Shown here: positions 16,713-23,593 of the stretch, piece after piece
Position numbering within the stretch: the stretch's first letter is position 1
Layout: each line of letters begins with the position of its first letter
Virus record (IMG/VR): IMGVR_UViG_3300025838_000129
Span: 1-24,757 of that record
Length of the DNA stretch: 24,757 nt
Reading direction: 5' to 3' (one strand)
DNA from: a virus
Taxonomy: Duplodnaviria; Caudoviricetes
Made by a program: the position numbers and the translations under genes
Notes under the pieces: model-generated
The model's database searches: none
Seen by the model: the letters and a program-made list of their open reading frames with translations, nothing else
What the model was told of the DNA's origin: nothing

Positions 16713-19246
16713 GAGAAGAAATCCTCTATCGAACTAGTTTTTTCGGTAGACCATTTCATACAATCTAAAATAACTTTAATAGGTTCTAAAAATGCCTTAT
16801 CAAACTGCATATCGTAATCAATATACTCTTGTAGATTAAATTCTTTAGGTAAACGAGATGGATATGATATGACCGTATCCTTAAATGGATTAGGCATCTT
16901 TAGATAAGTGAACTTGACTTTCTCACCTTCTTGTATCAATGGATACTTTTTGGTAAGTTTCATCACCTTCAAATTATGATTGTAATGAATTGCTCCTTTT
17001 ACATGGATTGGAGTACCTTTCTTATACAAGGTCACCGGATCCGAATAATTATTTAGGCCATTTAGGCCACGGGGGAAGGAGATTTCTTCTACGGGTAAGG
17101 TTTTGAACTCTGCTCTAAAGTCTGCAATAAAGGTGTGTATATCTTCCTGTGTTCCATTCACCATTAGTTTAATGGCTTCTTTCATTTTCTCACGAATGGC
17201 AGATGGTGTGGAAGATTTAATCATCTCCAATCCCATTACCTTCATTTGGGGTTCATTGTATTGAACGCCTTCGTTATTATATACATTCAGAATATATCGT
17301 TTCTTGGCAGTCCAAATACCTTTATCCGAAAGACCTTCTCGTTTCATTTGCATCTTCTGGTCATATGCGTGGACATATTTGGCCAATTCATTGTATGACA
17401 CATCAATATAAGGTTCAAGTTTTTCCTTACAGATTTTATCCATAAGTGAAATGACTTTTTGTTTATCTGATTTATCTTTAATGAACTTGTCAACCAATTC
17501 ACCCATACGGAGATAGATTGAATCTGTATCTGATGCGATTACATAATCTACATTTTCTGAAACAAGAATCTTATTCATCCAAGCATTAATCTTGGCTTCA
17601 ATCCACCGAATACTTAATTGTCCAGCAGTTGTAACAGCAAGAGCCATACGCAAGTCGTAAAACCTAAAATACTGGCTTCCCAAAGCACCATATGCTGAGT
17701 TAAGGGAGACCTTTTTAGCCAATTGAAGATTGTCATACCGAGCGATTCGTTTTTCGATATCATATTTTTTGGAATCATCCTTTTCATGTTCATATTCCTG
17801 TTTTGCTTGCAACATCATCTTCTTAAACTTCTTACGATCCTCATACATTTCTTCCATCATCTTAGGTAAGAAACCTTGATGGTCGGTTCTGAAGAATTGA
17901 CCATTTGGAGTAAGTGTTGCATTTTGAAGTTTGGACAAATCAACTTCTTTTGCCAACATCTTATTAACATGAACTCCAGAAGAAATAATCTCACGCATTT
18001 CTGGTGTATAGTTTTCGGGTTCAATCAGAGTTTCTGGAGAAACGTTATACTGCATCATAAGGTGGGGGTAAAGTGAATTTAGGTCAAAGCTGGCGACATA
18101 ATGGTGCATACCAACTTGAACTTCTTTAACATAGGCACCTTCAAACATTCCATCTTTTTCTTTGTGAACTTTAGGTGGAACAATGATATTATCTTCCAAC
18201 AAACGATTATATGTCAACGCATCCCACATACGAGTTTGTGCAAACACATCTTCATAGTTTGTTTTGGTATCATATGCTAGAGTATAAGCCAACTCTAATA
18301 GTTTTAACTTATCTTCCAAACGAATAATCAATTGAACGTCTTTGATGTTATATTCAATAAACTTTTGAAAATTCAAACGATAGAGTGAGTATAGATTATC
18401 ATATTCATCATAAGAGATTTTACCTTCACCCAATTCAACCTGTGCAATAGCATCTAAACGATAAGATTCTTGTGACTTACCACCTGGTGCATACCATTTG
18501 TATAGTTCTATGTAATCTAATGAAGCAAGGCCTGAAATCTTATACTCAATCAATTCACGACCATTAATTGTGGTCTTACGTTCGTAGATATTATTCCATG
18601 GAGATAATTTCTTGGTTTCATCTTCACCAAGAATTTTACGAAAACGATTTACGAGATAAGGTATATCAAAGAACTTGGTATTCCAACCTGTGATGGTGTC
18701 TGGTGTCTTTAACTTCCAAAGTTCCATGAATCGCTTGCAAAGTGTATATTCATCTTTACACTTCACATAGATTTCTTCGCCTTGTTTTTCGTAAATACCA
18801 CAACCAAACACATAAGTCGGTCCATGTAAATAGGTAATACAAATTGCGGTGATAGGTTCATTGGCTTCGTAAGGATCAGGAAATCCATTTTCGGAACCCA
18901 CCTCAATATCGACTACGGCAGTTAAAATCTTTTCTTCGTCCCAATCAACCATGCCTTTATGGTTCTCACCGATATAAGCATATTCAAAAGCGGAGTTACC
19001 ATAGATTTTAACACCACTAGATACACCATCGAATTGTTTGATGTAATCTCTGGCTTCACGAATGCCACCAAAGATTTTTTGGTCGAGGTAATCACCATCC
19101 AAACTTGTGATATGTGTTATTCTTTTAGAAGGAACATAAAGTGAAGGAGAATATTCAATTCTCTGTTTTACTCTTTTTCCATCAATGACACCACGATAAA
19201 GGATGTTATTACCTGATACTTGAACATTTGTGTAGAAAAAACTCAA
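16709..19246 (-). CDS. 43: Family B DNA polymerase (T4 gp43), TTG start
   Basis: Exonuclease motifs DIEV, GWNTKFFDIPY and YNIKDV. Polymerase motifs SFDLNSLYP, KVSLNSAYG, ASDTDS and KKRY. Confidence 0.98.
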   Translation of the reverse strand: MSFFYTNVQVSGNNILYRGVIDGKRVKQRIEYSPSLYVPSKRITHITSLDGDYLDQKIFGGIREARDYIKQFDGVSSGVKIYGNSAFEYAYIGENHKGMVDWDEEKILTAVVDIEVGSENGFPDPYEANEPITAICITYLHGPTYVFGCGIYEKQGEEIYVKCKDEYTLCKRFMELWKLKTPDTITGWNTKFFDIPYLVNRFRKILGEDETKKLSPWNNIYERKTTINGRELIEYKISGLASLDYIELYKWYAPGGKSQESYRLDAIAQVELGEGKISYDEYDNLYSLYRLNFQKFIEYNIKDVQLIIRLEDKLKLLELAYTLAYDTKTNYEDVFAQTRMWDALTYNRLLEDNIIVPPKVHKEKDGMFEGAYVKEVQVGMHHYVASFDLNSLYPHLMMQYNVSPETLIEPENYTPEMREIISSGVHVNKMLAKEVDLSKLQNATLTPNGQFFRTDHQGFLPKMMEEMYEDRKKFKKMMLQAKQEYEHEKDDSKKYDIEKRIARYDNLQLAKKVSLNSAYGALGSQYFRFYDLRMALAVTTAGQLSIRWIEAKINAWMNKILVSENVDYVIASDTDSIYLRMGELVDKFIKDKSDKQKVISLMDKICKEKLEPYIDVSYNELAKYVHAYDQKMQMKREGLSDKGIWTAKKRYILNVYNNEGVQYNEPQMKVMGLEMIKSSTPSAIREKMKEAIKLMVNGTQEDIHTFIADFRAEFKTLPVEEISFPRGLNGLNNYSDPVTLYKKGTPIHVKGAIHYNHNLKVMKLTKKYPLIQEGEKVKFTYLKMPNPFKDTVISYPSRLPKEFNLQEYIDYDMQFDKAFLEPIKVILDCMKWSTEKTSSIEDFFS

Positions 19247-19247
19247 T

Positions 19248-19559
19248 TTAGCCTGTGATTAGTTGTTTTGCTGGTGGAAGAACAATACCAGAACCAAAGA
19301 TTTGGTTGTAGTTGGTAATAAAATCTTCCGCTGGAACATAGGAGTATACTACATTTCTCTTAGCTAAGGCAATAGTTGCACCTGATTTTTGTTCAGAATG
19401 AATTGGGAATGGTGAAAAACCAACAGAAGGTTGGCCATCTTTACCACGAACAGTAACGATACCAACGGGATTAATTAATACAAATTCGGTATCCGATTGA
19501 GATTCGATTTCACCGAGAACATCTTCTCCAGTAATTAATTTTAGTGCTAATACTTCCAT
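19248..19559 (-). CDS. Small Sm-fold-like phage protein (103 aa)
   Basis: LKLITGEDVLG and YNQIFGSGIV. Start moved to ATG 19559, which follows AAGGA. Confidence 0.7.
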   Translation of the reverse strand: MEVLALKLITGEDVLGEIESQSDTEFVLINPVGIVTVRGKDGQPSVGFSPFPIHSEQKSGATIALAKRNVVYSYVPAEDFITNYNQIFGSGIVLPPAKQLITG

Positions 19560-19597
19560 AATAGTTTTCCTTTGATAAAATAATAATCCAATTGACA

Positions 19598-19626
19598 ATT
19601 ATACTATACAATGCATTTAATGTCAA
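19598..19626 (-). promoter_or_regulatory. Consensus sigma70 promoter for the replication operon
   Basis: TTGACA (19626-19621) - 17 nt - TATAAT (19603-19598). Confidence 0.85.
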
Positions 19627-19663
19627 TCATTATTGGTGGTAGGTATACATTATTATTTTCTTA

Positions 19664-19801
19664 ATGAAGAACTTATGTTGGAAGTATCGAAATATCCATC
19701 GGTGGAAGAACATAAACTATTACTACGAGAATATGTTAGAAAGATTGGAAGAAGGAAAGCCCGATAATTGGGACGGTACTTATCGAGCCACTTCTAAGTA
19801 G
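19664..19801 (+). pseudogene. 45-aa ORF resembling the extreme C-terminus of CHASE2-type class III adenylate cyclases; probable remnant
   Basis: MKNLCWKYRNIHRWKNINYYYENMLERLEEGKPDNWDGTYRATSK*. The stop abuts the convergent gene at 19802. Confidence 0.5.
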
Positions 19802-20002
19802 TTAAGCGTAAGTGTCAAAAGAAGAAGCTACTTCTTCATGAACACACTCACCATCTTGATTGTAAATACGGACTCCATCATTGTCAAACGATGAAGCGTA
19901 GATAGCAAAATCTTTAGCTTCTTGCAATGATTCAAAAGAATTGGTGTAGGTGGTTAGTGTTCCGTTAACCCAACGATGGCGTTTTACGTGGTGATGCGAC
20001 AT
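19802..20002 (-). CDS. Hypothetical protein (66 aa)
   Basis: AGGAG RBS upstream; follows the GT gene by 10 nt. Confidence 0.75.
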   Translation of the reverse strand: MSHHHVKRHRWVNGTLTTYTNSFESLQEAKDFAIYASSFDNDGVRIYNQDGECVHEEVASSFDTYA

Positions 20003-20012
20003 TCTTATTCTC

Positions 20013-21032
20013 CTAAAAAAAGTATTTATTCCAGATTTTTTTCGTATTATTTGTATACATCTTCAATTTATATTGATTTAGTTTTGCATTAATTTGCGGG
20101 AAATAATATGTCCTCAACAATGTATCACTAATATCTTTACTGTCTGTCGGATCAGCATTAAACAATTCGGTTGACCATGGAATTTCTTTACTTCCAACCA
20201 ACGGCACACCTTGACTGGTCAAATCTGCACCAACAATATTAAATGTTTCAGAGAAGTTACATTGCATACCAATATCCATAGATGCACAAAGTTTTAAGAA
20301 TTCTTCTCTCGGTGTCCATTGATGATTTATCAATTGATATTTTTCAAAAGGAAGTTGTTGAAATAAACCTCGTAGATTATTTTTAACTGAATCGCCTTTC
20401 ATTTCAATACGACCAGCATTAACATGAAATCTTAATTTTTTACCAATTCTGTCAGCAAAATCCATAGCACCAAAGACTTGAACTAAGTGATTTTTCAATG
20501 GACGGATTGCACCAAAACAGGCAACATCAATCGTATCTTTGTTTTTATCAAATGGTTTATGTACAAAATTTTGAGGATAATAATTTGGTAAATAAATTGT
20601 TTTTTCTTTACCAATATAAAATTCAATTTCTCTCAACATTCTTGGCGCATTACAAGCAATAATAATATTCTTGAATCGTGCATATTCAGCAATCCAATCC
20701 ATCGCCATTCCTTCTCCTGCCATAAAAGGCATTTCGGAATGTAGGCGAATAATCCATTTTACATTTGGATGTAATTTTTGAAGAATTGCAAATTTGGTAG
20801 GAACAACCCATAATGCTTCGATGATTACATGGGTTGGTTTATATTGATATACTTCTCGGTCAATTGAATTATTGTCGGGAACAACAACCATTTTTGATTC
20901 GAATCCGGAATCAATCATCATGTCGTTCATAAATTTGGCTGAATTATATAAGCCTGTGCTTAGGCCAATATTTGAATGTAAAGTAGCGCTATAATCTTCT
21001 CGGCGTTTCAGTATGAATAATAGTTTGGACAT
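20013..21032 (-). CDS. GT-B (GT4-like) glycosyltransferase
   Basis: CFGAIRPLKN and QCNFSETFNIVGAD...GVPLVGS. Confidence 0.8.
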   Translation of the reverse strand: MSKLLFILKRREDYSATLHSNIGLSTGLYNSAKFMNDMMIDSGFESKMVVVPDNNSIDREVYQYKPTHVIIEALWVVPTKFAILQKLHPNVKWIIRLHSEMPFMAGEGMAMDWIAEYARFKNIIIACNAPRMLREIEFYIGKEKTIYLPNYYPQNFVHKPFDKNKDTIDVACFGAIRPLKNHLVQVFGAMDFADRIGKKLRFHVNAGRIEMKGDSVKNNLRGLFQQLPFEKYQLINHQWTPREEFLKLCASMDIGMQCNFSETFNIVGADLTSQGVPLVGSKEIPWSTELFNADPTDSKDISDTLLRTYYFPQINAKLNQYKLKMYTNNTKKIWNKYFF

Positions 21033-21061
21033 GATGATATCAAATTATGGGATTAAAATTT

Positions 21062-21069
21062 TATTTATA
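21062..21069 (-). promoter_or_regulatory. T4-type late promoter TATAAATA
   Basis: Exact match, 30 nt upstream of the ATG at 21032. Confidence 0.8.
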
Positions 21070-21100
21070 CAATCCTAATGTGACAAAAAAATTACAAAAC

Positions 21101-21241
21101 TTAACGACCTCGGCCGGCTTTCCTCATTACAGTTGGCTTAGGAACAAATTTTGGTTTGTTAATTTTAGGAGCAGGTCCTACTTGTTTAAGTTGACGAACT
21201 TTTTGTAATTGTTCTTCACGAAATTTTTTATCTTCCGACAT
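21101..21241 (-). CDS. Small basic protein (46 aa)
   Basis: AAGGAG RBS; MSEDKKFREEQLQKVRQLKQVGPAPKINKPKFVPKPTVMRKAGRGR*. Confidence 0.7.
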   Translation of the reverse strand: MSEDKKFREEQLQKVRQLKQVGPAPKINKPKFVPKPTVMRKAGRGR

Positions 21242-21254
21242 GAAATCTCCTTAT

Positions 21255-21329
21255 TGGTTGCGGAGGATGGATTCGCACCACCGACATCCGGATTATGAGT
21301 CCGGCGCTCTTCTACTGAGCTACTCCGCG
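21255..21329 (-). tRNA. tRNA-Met(CAU), initiator-like with atypical elbow
   Basis: CGCGGAG acceptor with C1:A72 mismatch, CCGGA-CT-CAT-AA-TCCGG, T-loop TGCGAAT and encoded CCA. Confidence 0.85.
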
Positions 21330-21336
21330 CTAACTT

Positions 21337-21576
21337 TTAACCGTAAATGAAAACTACATCATCAATTGGAACAACATAGGTTTCATCTTCAACCTTTACT
21401 GCTTTATTCCAATTTAAAAGAACTTCATCACCAATTGCAACTTCATCAACCTTAGGTCCAAGAGCAATCACTCTTGCTCTATCTGGACCTTCAGCAGTTT
21501 TTAAAATTAATCCTGATGCTGTAGTTTTTTCTCCAGCAACTCTGGATACAATAATGTTGTCACGCAAGGGTTTCAT
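21337..21576 (-). CDS. groES: GroES-like co-chaperonin (79 aa)
   Basis: MKPLRDNIIV, KTTASGLIL, VIALGP and VAIGDEVL. Confidence 0.9.
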   Translation of the reverse strand: MKPLRDNIIVSRVAGEKTTASGLILKTAEGPDRARVIALGPKVDEVAIGDEVLLNWNKAVKVEDETYVVPIDDVVFIYG

Positions 21577-21604
21577 AATTTACCTTCTATTAAAATATAC
21601 AATT

Positions 21605-21612
21605 TATTTATA
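21605..21612 (-). promoter_or_regulatory. T4-type late promoter TATAAATA upstream of groES
   Basis: Exact match, 29 nt upstream of the ATG at 21576. Confidence 0.8.
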
Positions 21613-21614
21613 CT

Positions 21615-21835
21615 AGTCATTATTGAGAATACTGTTTGGTGTTTAAGAGCCGTGTAGTAGTTAGACGTTTAAGGTCATCTCTTTCGAGCCTTGCTACCGA
21701 TTCTCCTGATGTTGGCGTTACGAATCCTCTCAGCATAAGATTCTACCTCAATTAGTGGGTTGCGTTAATCAGGATGGTGATGTTCCCTAACAGTTGGGAT
21801 TGCTTAATCTTTCTCTCACATTCTCAATGATGACT
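21615..21835 (-). ncRNA. Candidate 221-nt structured ncRNA
   Basis: 16-bp closing stem with 1 mismatch (21615-21630 / 21820-21835). Internal helices TCCTGAT/ATCAGGA, GAATCTT/AGGATTC and CTC-GAAA-GAG. No convincing ORF. Confidence 0.55.
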
Positions 21836-21837
21836 GA

Positions 21838-21904
21838 TGTAGGCCGGTGGGGTATCTGACCAGTTTCTAGTCTGCCCATCCTCCGTTTACTTTCCTTGCC
21901 TACA
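21838..21904 (-). ncRNA. Candidate 67-nt extended hairpin RNA
   Basis: Nested pairing TGTAGGC/GCCTACA, CGG/CCG, TGGG/CCCA and GACTAG-AAA-CTGGTC; GC-rich relative to flanks. Confidence 0.45.
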
Positions 21905-21914
21905 ACAATCAAAC

Positions 21915-21988
21915 TGGAGCGGGATATCAGAATCGAACTGATAACGGAAGATTGGAAATCTACAGTTTTACCATTAAACTAATCCCGC
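21915..21988 (-). tRNA. tRNA-Gly(UCC)
   Basis: GCGGGAT acceptor, TT-TCC-AA anticodon loop, GTTCGATTC T-arm and TCCA end. Confidence 0.93.
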
Positions 21989-21995
21989 ATAAATC

Positions 21996-22065
21996 TGGAG
22001 CGGTGGCCTAGATTCGCACTAGGTGAGTAGATTGGACACCTACTCTGGTTCTATACCCCAACCGC
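21996..22065 (-). tRNA. Non-canonical 70-nt tRNA-Gly(UCC)-like RNA
   Basis: GCGGTTG/CCACCGC-TCCA acceptor, mini D-arm GGT-ATAGA-ACC, 7-bp anticodon stem with loop TGTCCAA, and T-arm CCTAG-TGCGAAT-CTAGG. Confidence 0.7.
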
Positions 22066-22069
22066 ATTA

Positions 22070-22207
22070 TTACTTTTCTTTTCTATCTTTTTGCTTTGCG
22101 TAAATTCTATCCATCAAATCTAACAATTCCTGTTTGGTTAACATTCTACCCCATTGAGGAACTGTATTTGCTTTTGGTGTTACAACTTCTTCTTTTTTCT
22201 TTTTCAT
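22070..22207 (-). CDS. Small charged protein (45 aa)
   Basis: ATGA overlap with the upstream stop; MKKKKEEVVTPKANTVPQWGRMLTKQELLDLMDRIYAKQKDRKEK*. Confidence 0.6.
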   Translation of the reverse strand: MKKKKEEVVTPKANTVPQWGRMLTKQELLDLMDRIYAKQKDRKEK

Positions 22208-22419
22208 TCTGAAGCTACTGGCTCTGCATCCTTACCAAATTTTTGGGTCTGTAAACGTTTTGCAATAGCTTTCTTAATCTTAGGAATATGTTTCTTACGG
22301 GCACCATCTAACAGTTTTGATAATTGTTCGATGTTCAAAGGACCTAAACGGGTCTTGCCAGTTTTGGTTAACATTGGATTTGCCTTACGAGTTCTTTGAT
22401 TCGTACCTTTTGTTGCCAT
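22204..22419 (-). CDS. Small basic protein (71 aa)
   Basis: GAGGA RBS; K/R-rich. Confidence 0.75.
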   Translation of the reverse strand: MATKGTNQRTRKANPMLTKTGKTRLGPLNIEQLSKLLDGARKKHIPKIKKAIAKRLQTQKFGKDAEPVASE

Positions 22420-22444
22420 AATATAGTCCTCTAATCAATAAATT

Positions 22445-22514
22445 TGGAGCGGTGCCTTTGGTTTGCACAAAGTTTTTTAAGAGGGTATCCTAAACTGTTC
22501 TATCTACACACCGC
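22445..22514 (-). tRNA. Non-canonical 70-nt tRNA-Gly(ACC?)-like RNA
   Basis: GCGGTGT/GCACCGC-TCCA acceptor, degenerate D region containing ATAGAAC, TTTAGG-ATACCCT-CTTAAA anticodon arm, and T-arm CTTTG-TGCAAAC-CAAAG. Confidence 0.6.
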
Positions 22515-22517
22515 ATT

Positions 22518-22582
22518 GTCCTGCTTACCGGTTACAGGGACACCACTTTACTGGCGCCGGAAGTTTTGCTGTTTCCCAACAG
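22518..22582 (-). ncRNA. Structured GC-rich 5' leader, possible pseudoknot
   Basis: CTGTT-GGGA-AACAG hairpin, CGCCA/TGGTG hairpin, and CCGG/CCGG crossing CCTG/CAGG. Confidence 0.4.
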
Positions 22583-22590
22583 TAAATACT

Positions 22591-22619
22591 ATTATATACT
22601 TATGTATGTTAAATGTCAA
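22591..22619 (-). promoter_or_regulatory. Consensus sigma70 promoter
   Basis: TTGACA (22619-22614) - 17 nt - TATAAT (22596-22591). Confidence 0.85.
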
Positions 22620-22637
22620 TACATATTCTGGTATACT

Positions 22638-22713
22638 TGGTGCCCCCACCATGATTCGAACACGGGACATCCTCATTACAAGTGAGGTGCTCTACCAACT
22701 GAGCTATAAGGGC
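22638..22713 (-). tRNA. tRNA-Thr(UGU)
   Basis: CCTCA-CT-TGT-AA-TGAGG, canonical D and T loops, ACCA end. Confidence 0.95.
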
Positions 22714-22718
22714 AATTT

Positions 22719-22793
22719 TGGTGGGCCAAAATAGAATTGAACTATTACTCAACCGATTATGAGTCGGACGCTTTACCATTAAGCTATTGGCCC
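22719..22793 (-). tRNA. tRNA-Ile2(CAU, lysidine type) most likely; elongator Met not excluded
   Basis: CT-CAT-AA loop; GGGCCAA acceptor with G1-C72, C4-G69 and C5-G68 (TilS-type determinants); A73. Confidence 0.8.
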
Positions 22794-23212
22794 TTATTAT
22801 AATATCTTGCTAAATTTTCTTTACTCCAACGACCATTACCTCTATTTGCACCAGCAAAAGTTTCAGTTTGGCTATGGCAGTTAGGACAAATTAATCTTAA
22901 ATTATCAAGATTGTTATTGTATGGATCTCCATTAATATGGTCAACCTGTAATACGATTTCTTTTCCTAACCATTCATTTAAATTACAACATTCACAACGA
23001 TAACCTTTTATTTCTCCTAATAATCTCCTTATCATGGGCCTATTAGACAATTTTCCCTCTAACAATTTCACGAGGTTTTTTTCATCTGCTAGTTTTGACC
23101 TATGGTCACCTTGACATTGATTATTACAATATTTGTGATTGTAAGTATAACCTTTAAATGGTATATTATTACCACAACTTAAACAATGATATATCTTATT
23201 TTTCTTAGACAT
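22784..23212 (-). CDS. HNH endonuclease with N-terminal Zn-finger-like region
   Basis: CLSC..YCNNQC, RCECC and LQVDHINGDPYNNNLDNLRLICPNCHSQT. Confidence 0.92.
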   Translation of the reverse strand: MSKKNKIYHCLSCGNNIPFKGYTYNHKYCNNQCQGDHRSKLADEKNLVKLLEGKLSNRPMIRRLLGEIKGYRCECCNLNEWLGKEIVLQVDHINGDPYNNNLDNLRLICPNCHSQTETFAGANRGNGRWSKENLARYYNKGQ

Positions 23213-23251
23213 GGTTAAAGCACTCCTTTATTATATTTATGCTTTAACCAT
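23211..23251 (-). promoter_or_regulatory. 12-bp hairpin occluding the HNH start, with late-promoter variant CATAAATA
   Basis: ATGGTTAAAGCA / TGCTTTAACCAT perfect inverted repeat (23211-23222, 23240-23251); CATAAATA at 23241-23234. Confidence 0.7.
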
Positions 23252-23257
23252 TTTAAA

Positions 23258-23332
23258 TGGTCCGTCCAAGAGGAATCGAACCTCTATCAATTGCTTAGAA
23301 GGCAATTGCACTATCCGTTGTGCTATGGACAG
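23258..23332 (-). tRNA. tRNA-Arg(UCU)
   Basis: ATTGC-CT-TCT-AA-GCAAT, GGTTCGATTCC T-arm, ACCA end. Confidence 0.93.
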
Positions 23333-23466
23333 AATTATTATAGTGAAGTGTATTATGGTAACCTTGATTAGAGGTAATCTTTTACACCACTCCGTCAGAT
23401 TAGATTATATGGTTAATCAAGCCAATAACAAGTCTTGGGAACAATACACTTCACTATAATAATTCT
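23331..23466. repeat. 24-bp perfect inverted repeat enclosing 88 nt (candidate structured RNA)
   Basis: AGAATTATTATAGTGAAGTGTATT (23331-23354) and its reverse complement (23443-23466); internal CTTGATTA/TAATCAAG. Confidence 0.85.
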
Positions 23467-23584
23467 TTTTAGATTTCTCTAAACGCCTTATAGCTTTGTT
23501 ACTTTTTTTGTGACTCCCTGCTTTACGAAACAATGCCAATTTGACAAGGTAGTTTCGAGGTTGAGGAGTTTTTTTCTTCTTCAT
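23417..23584 (-). CDS. Small very basic protein (55 aa) reading into the 24-bp stem
   Basis: AGGAG RBS; MKKKKTPQPRNYLVKLALFRKAGSHKKSNKAIRRLEKSKKNYYSEVYCSQDLLLA*. Confidence 0.65.
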   Translation of the reverse strand: MKKKKTPQPRNYLVKLALFRKAGSHKKSNKAIRRLEKSKKNYYSEVYCSQDLLLA

Positions 23585-23593
23585 AATACTCTC

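Noticed and set aside
555-19144. Many 60-120-aa + strand ORFs in the track
   Set aside because: They are antisense shadows of long, motif-bearing - strand genes, with no recognisable motifs.
16709-19246. Intron, intein or split in gp43, uvsX or 41
   Set aside because: The ORFs are continuous and of normal length for T4-like orthologs.
21615-21904. tmRNA, RNase P RNA or SRP RNA
   Set aside because: No tRNA-Ala-like ends or tag ORF, no RNase P P4 consensus and no SRP domain IV motif were seen.
22444-22734. 96-aa + strand ORF (also 23211-23459 and 24543-24737)
   Set aside because: These are antisense to tRNAs, structured elements or a - strand CDS.
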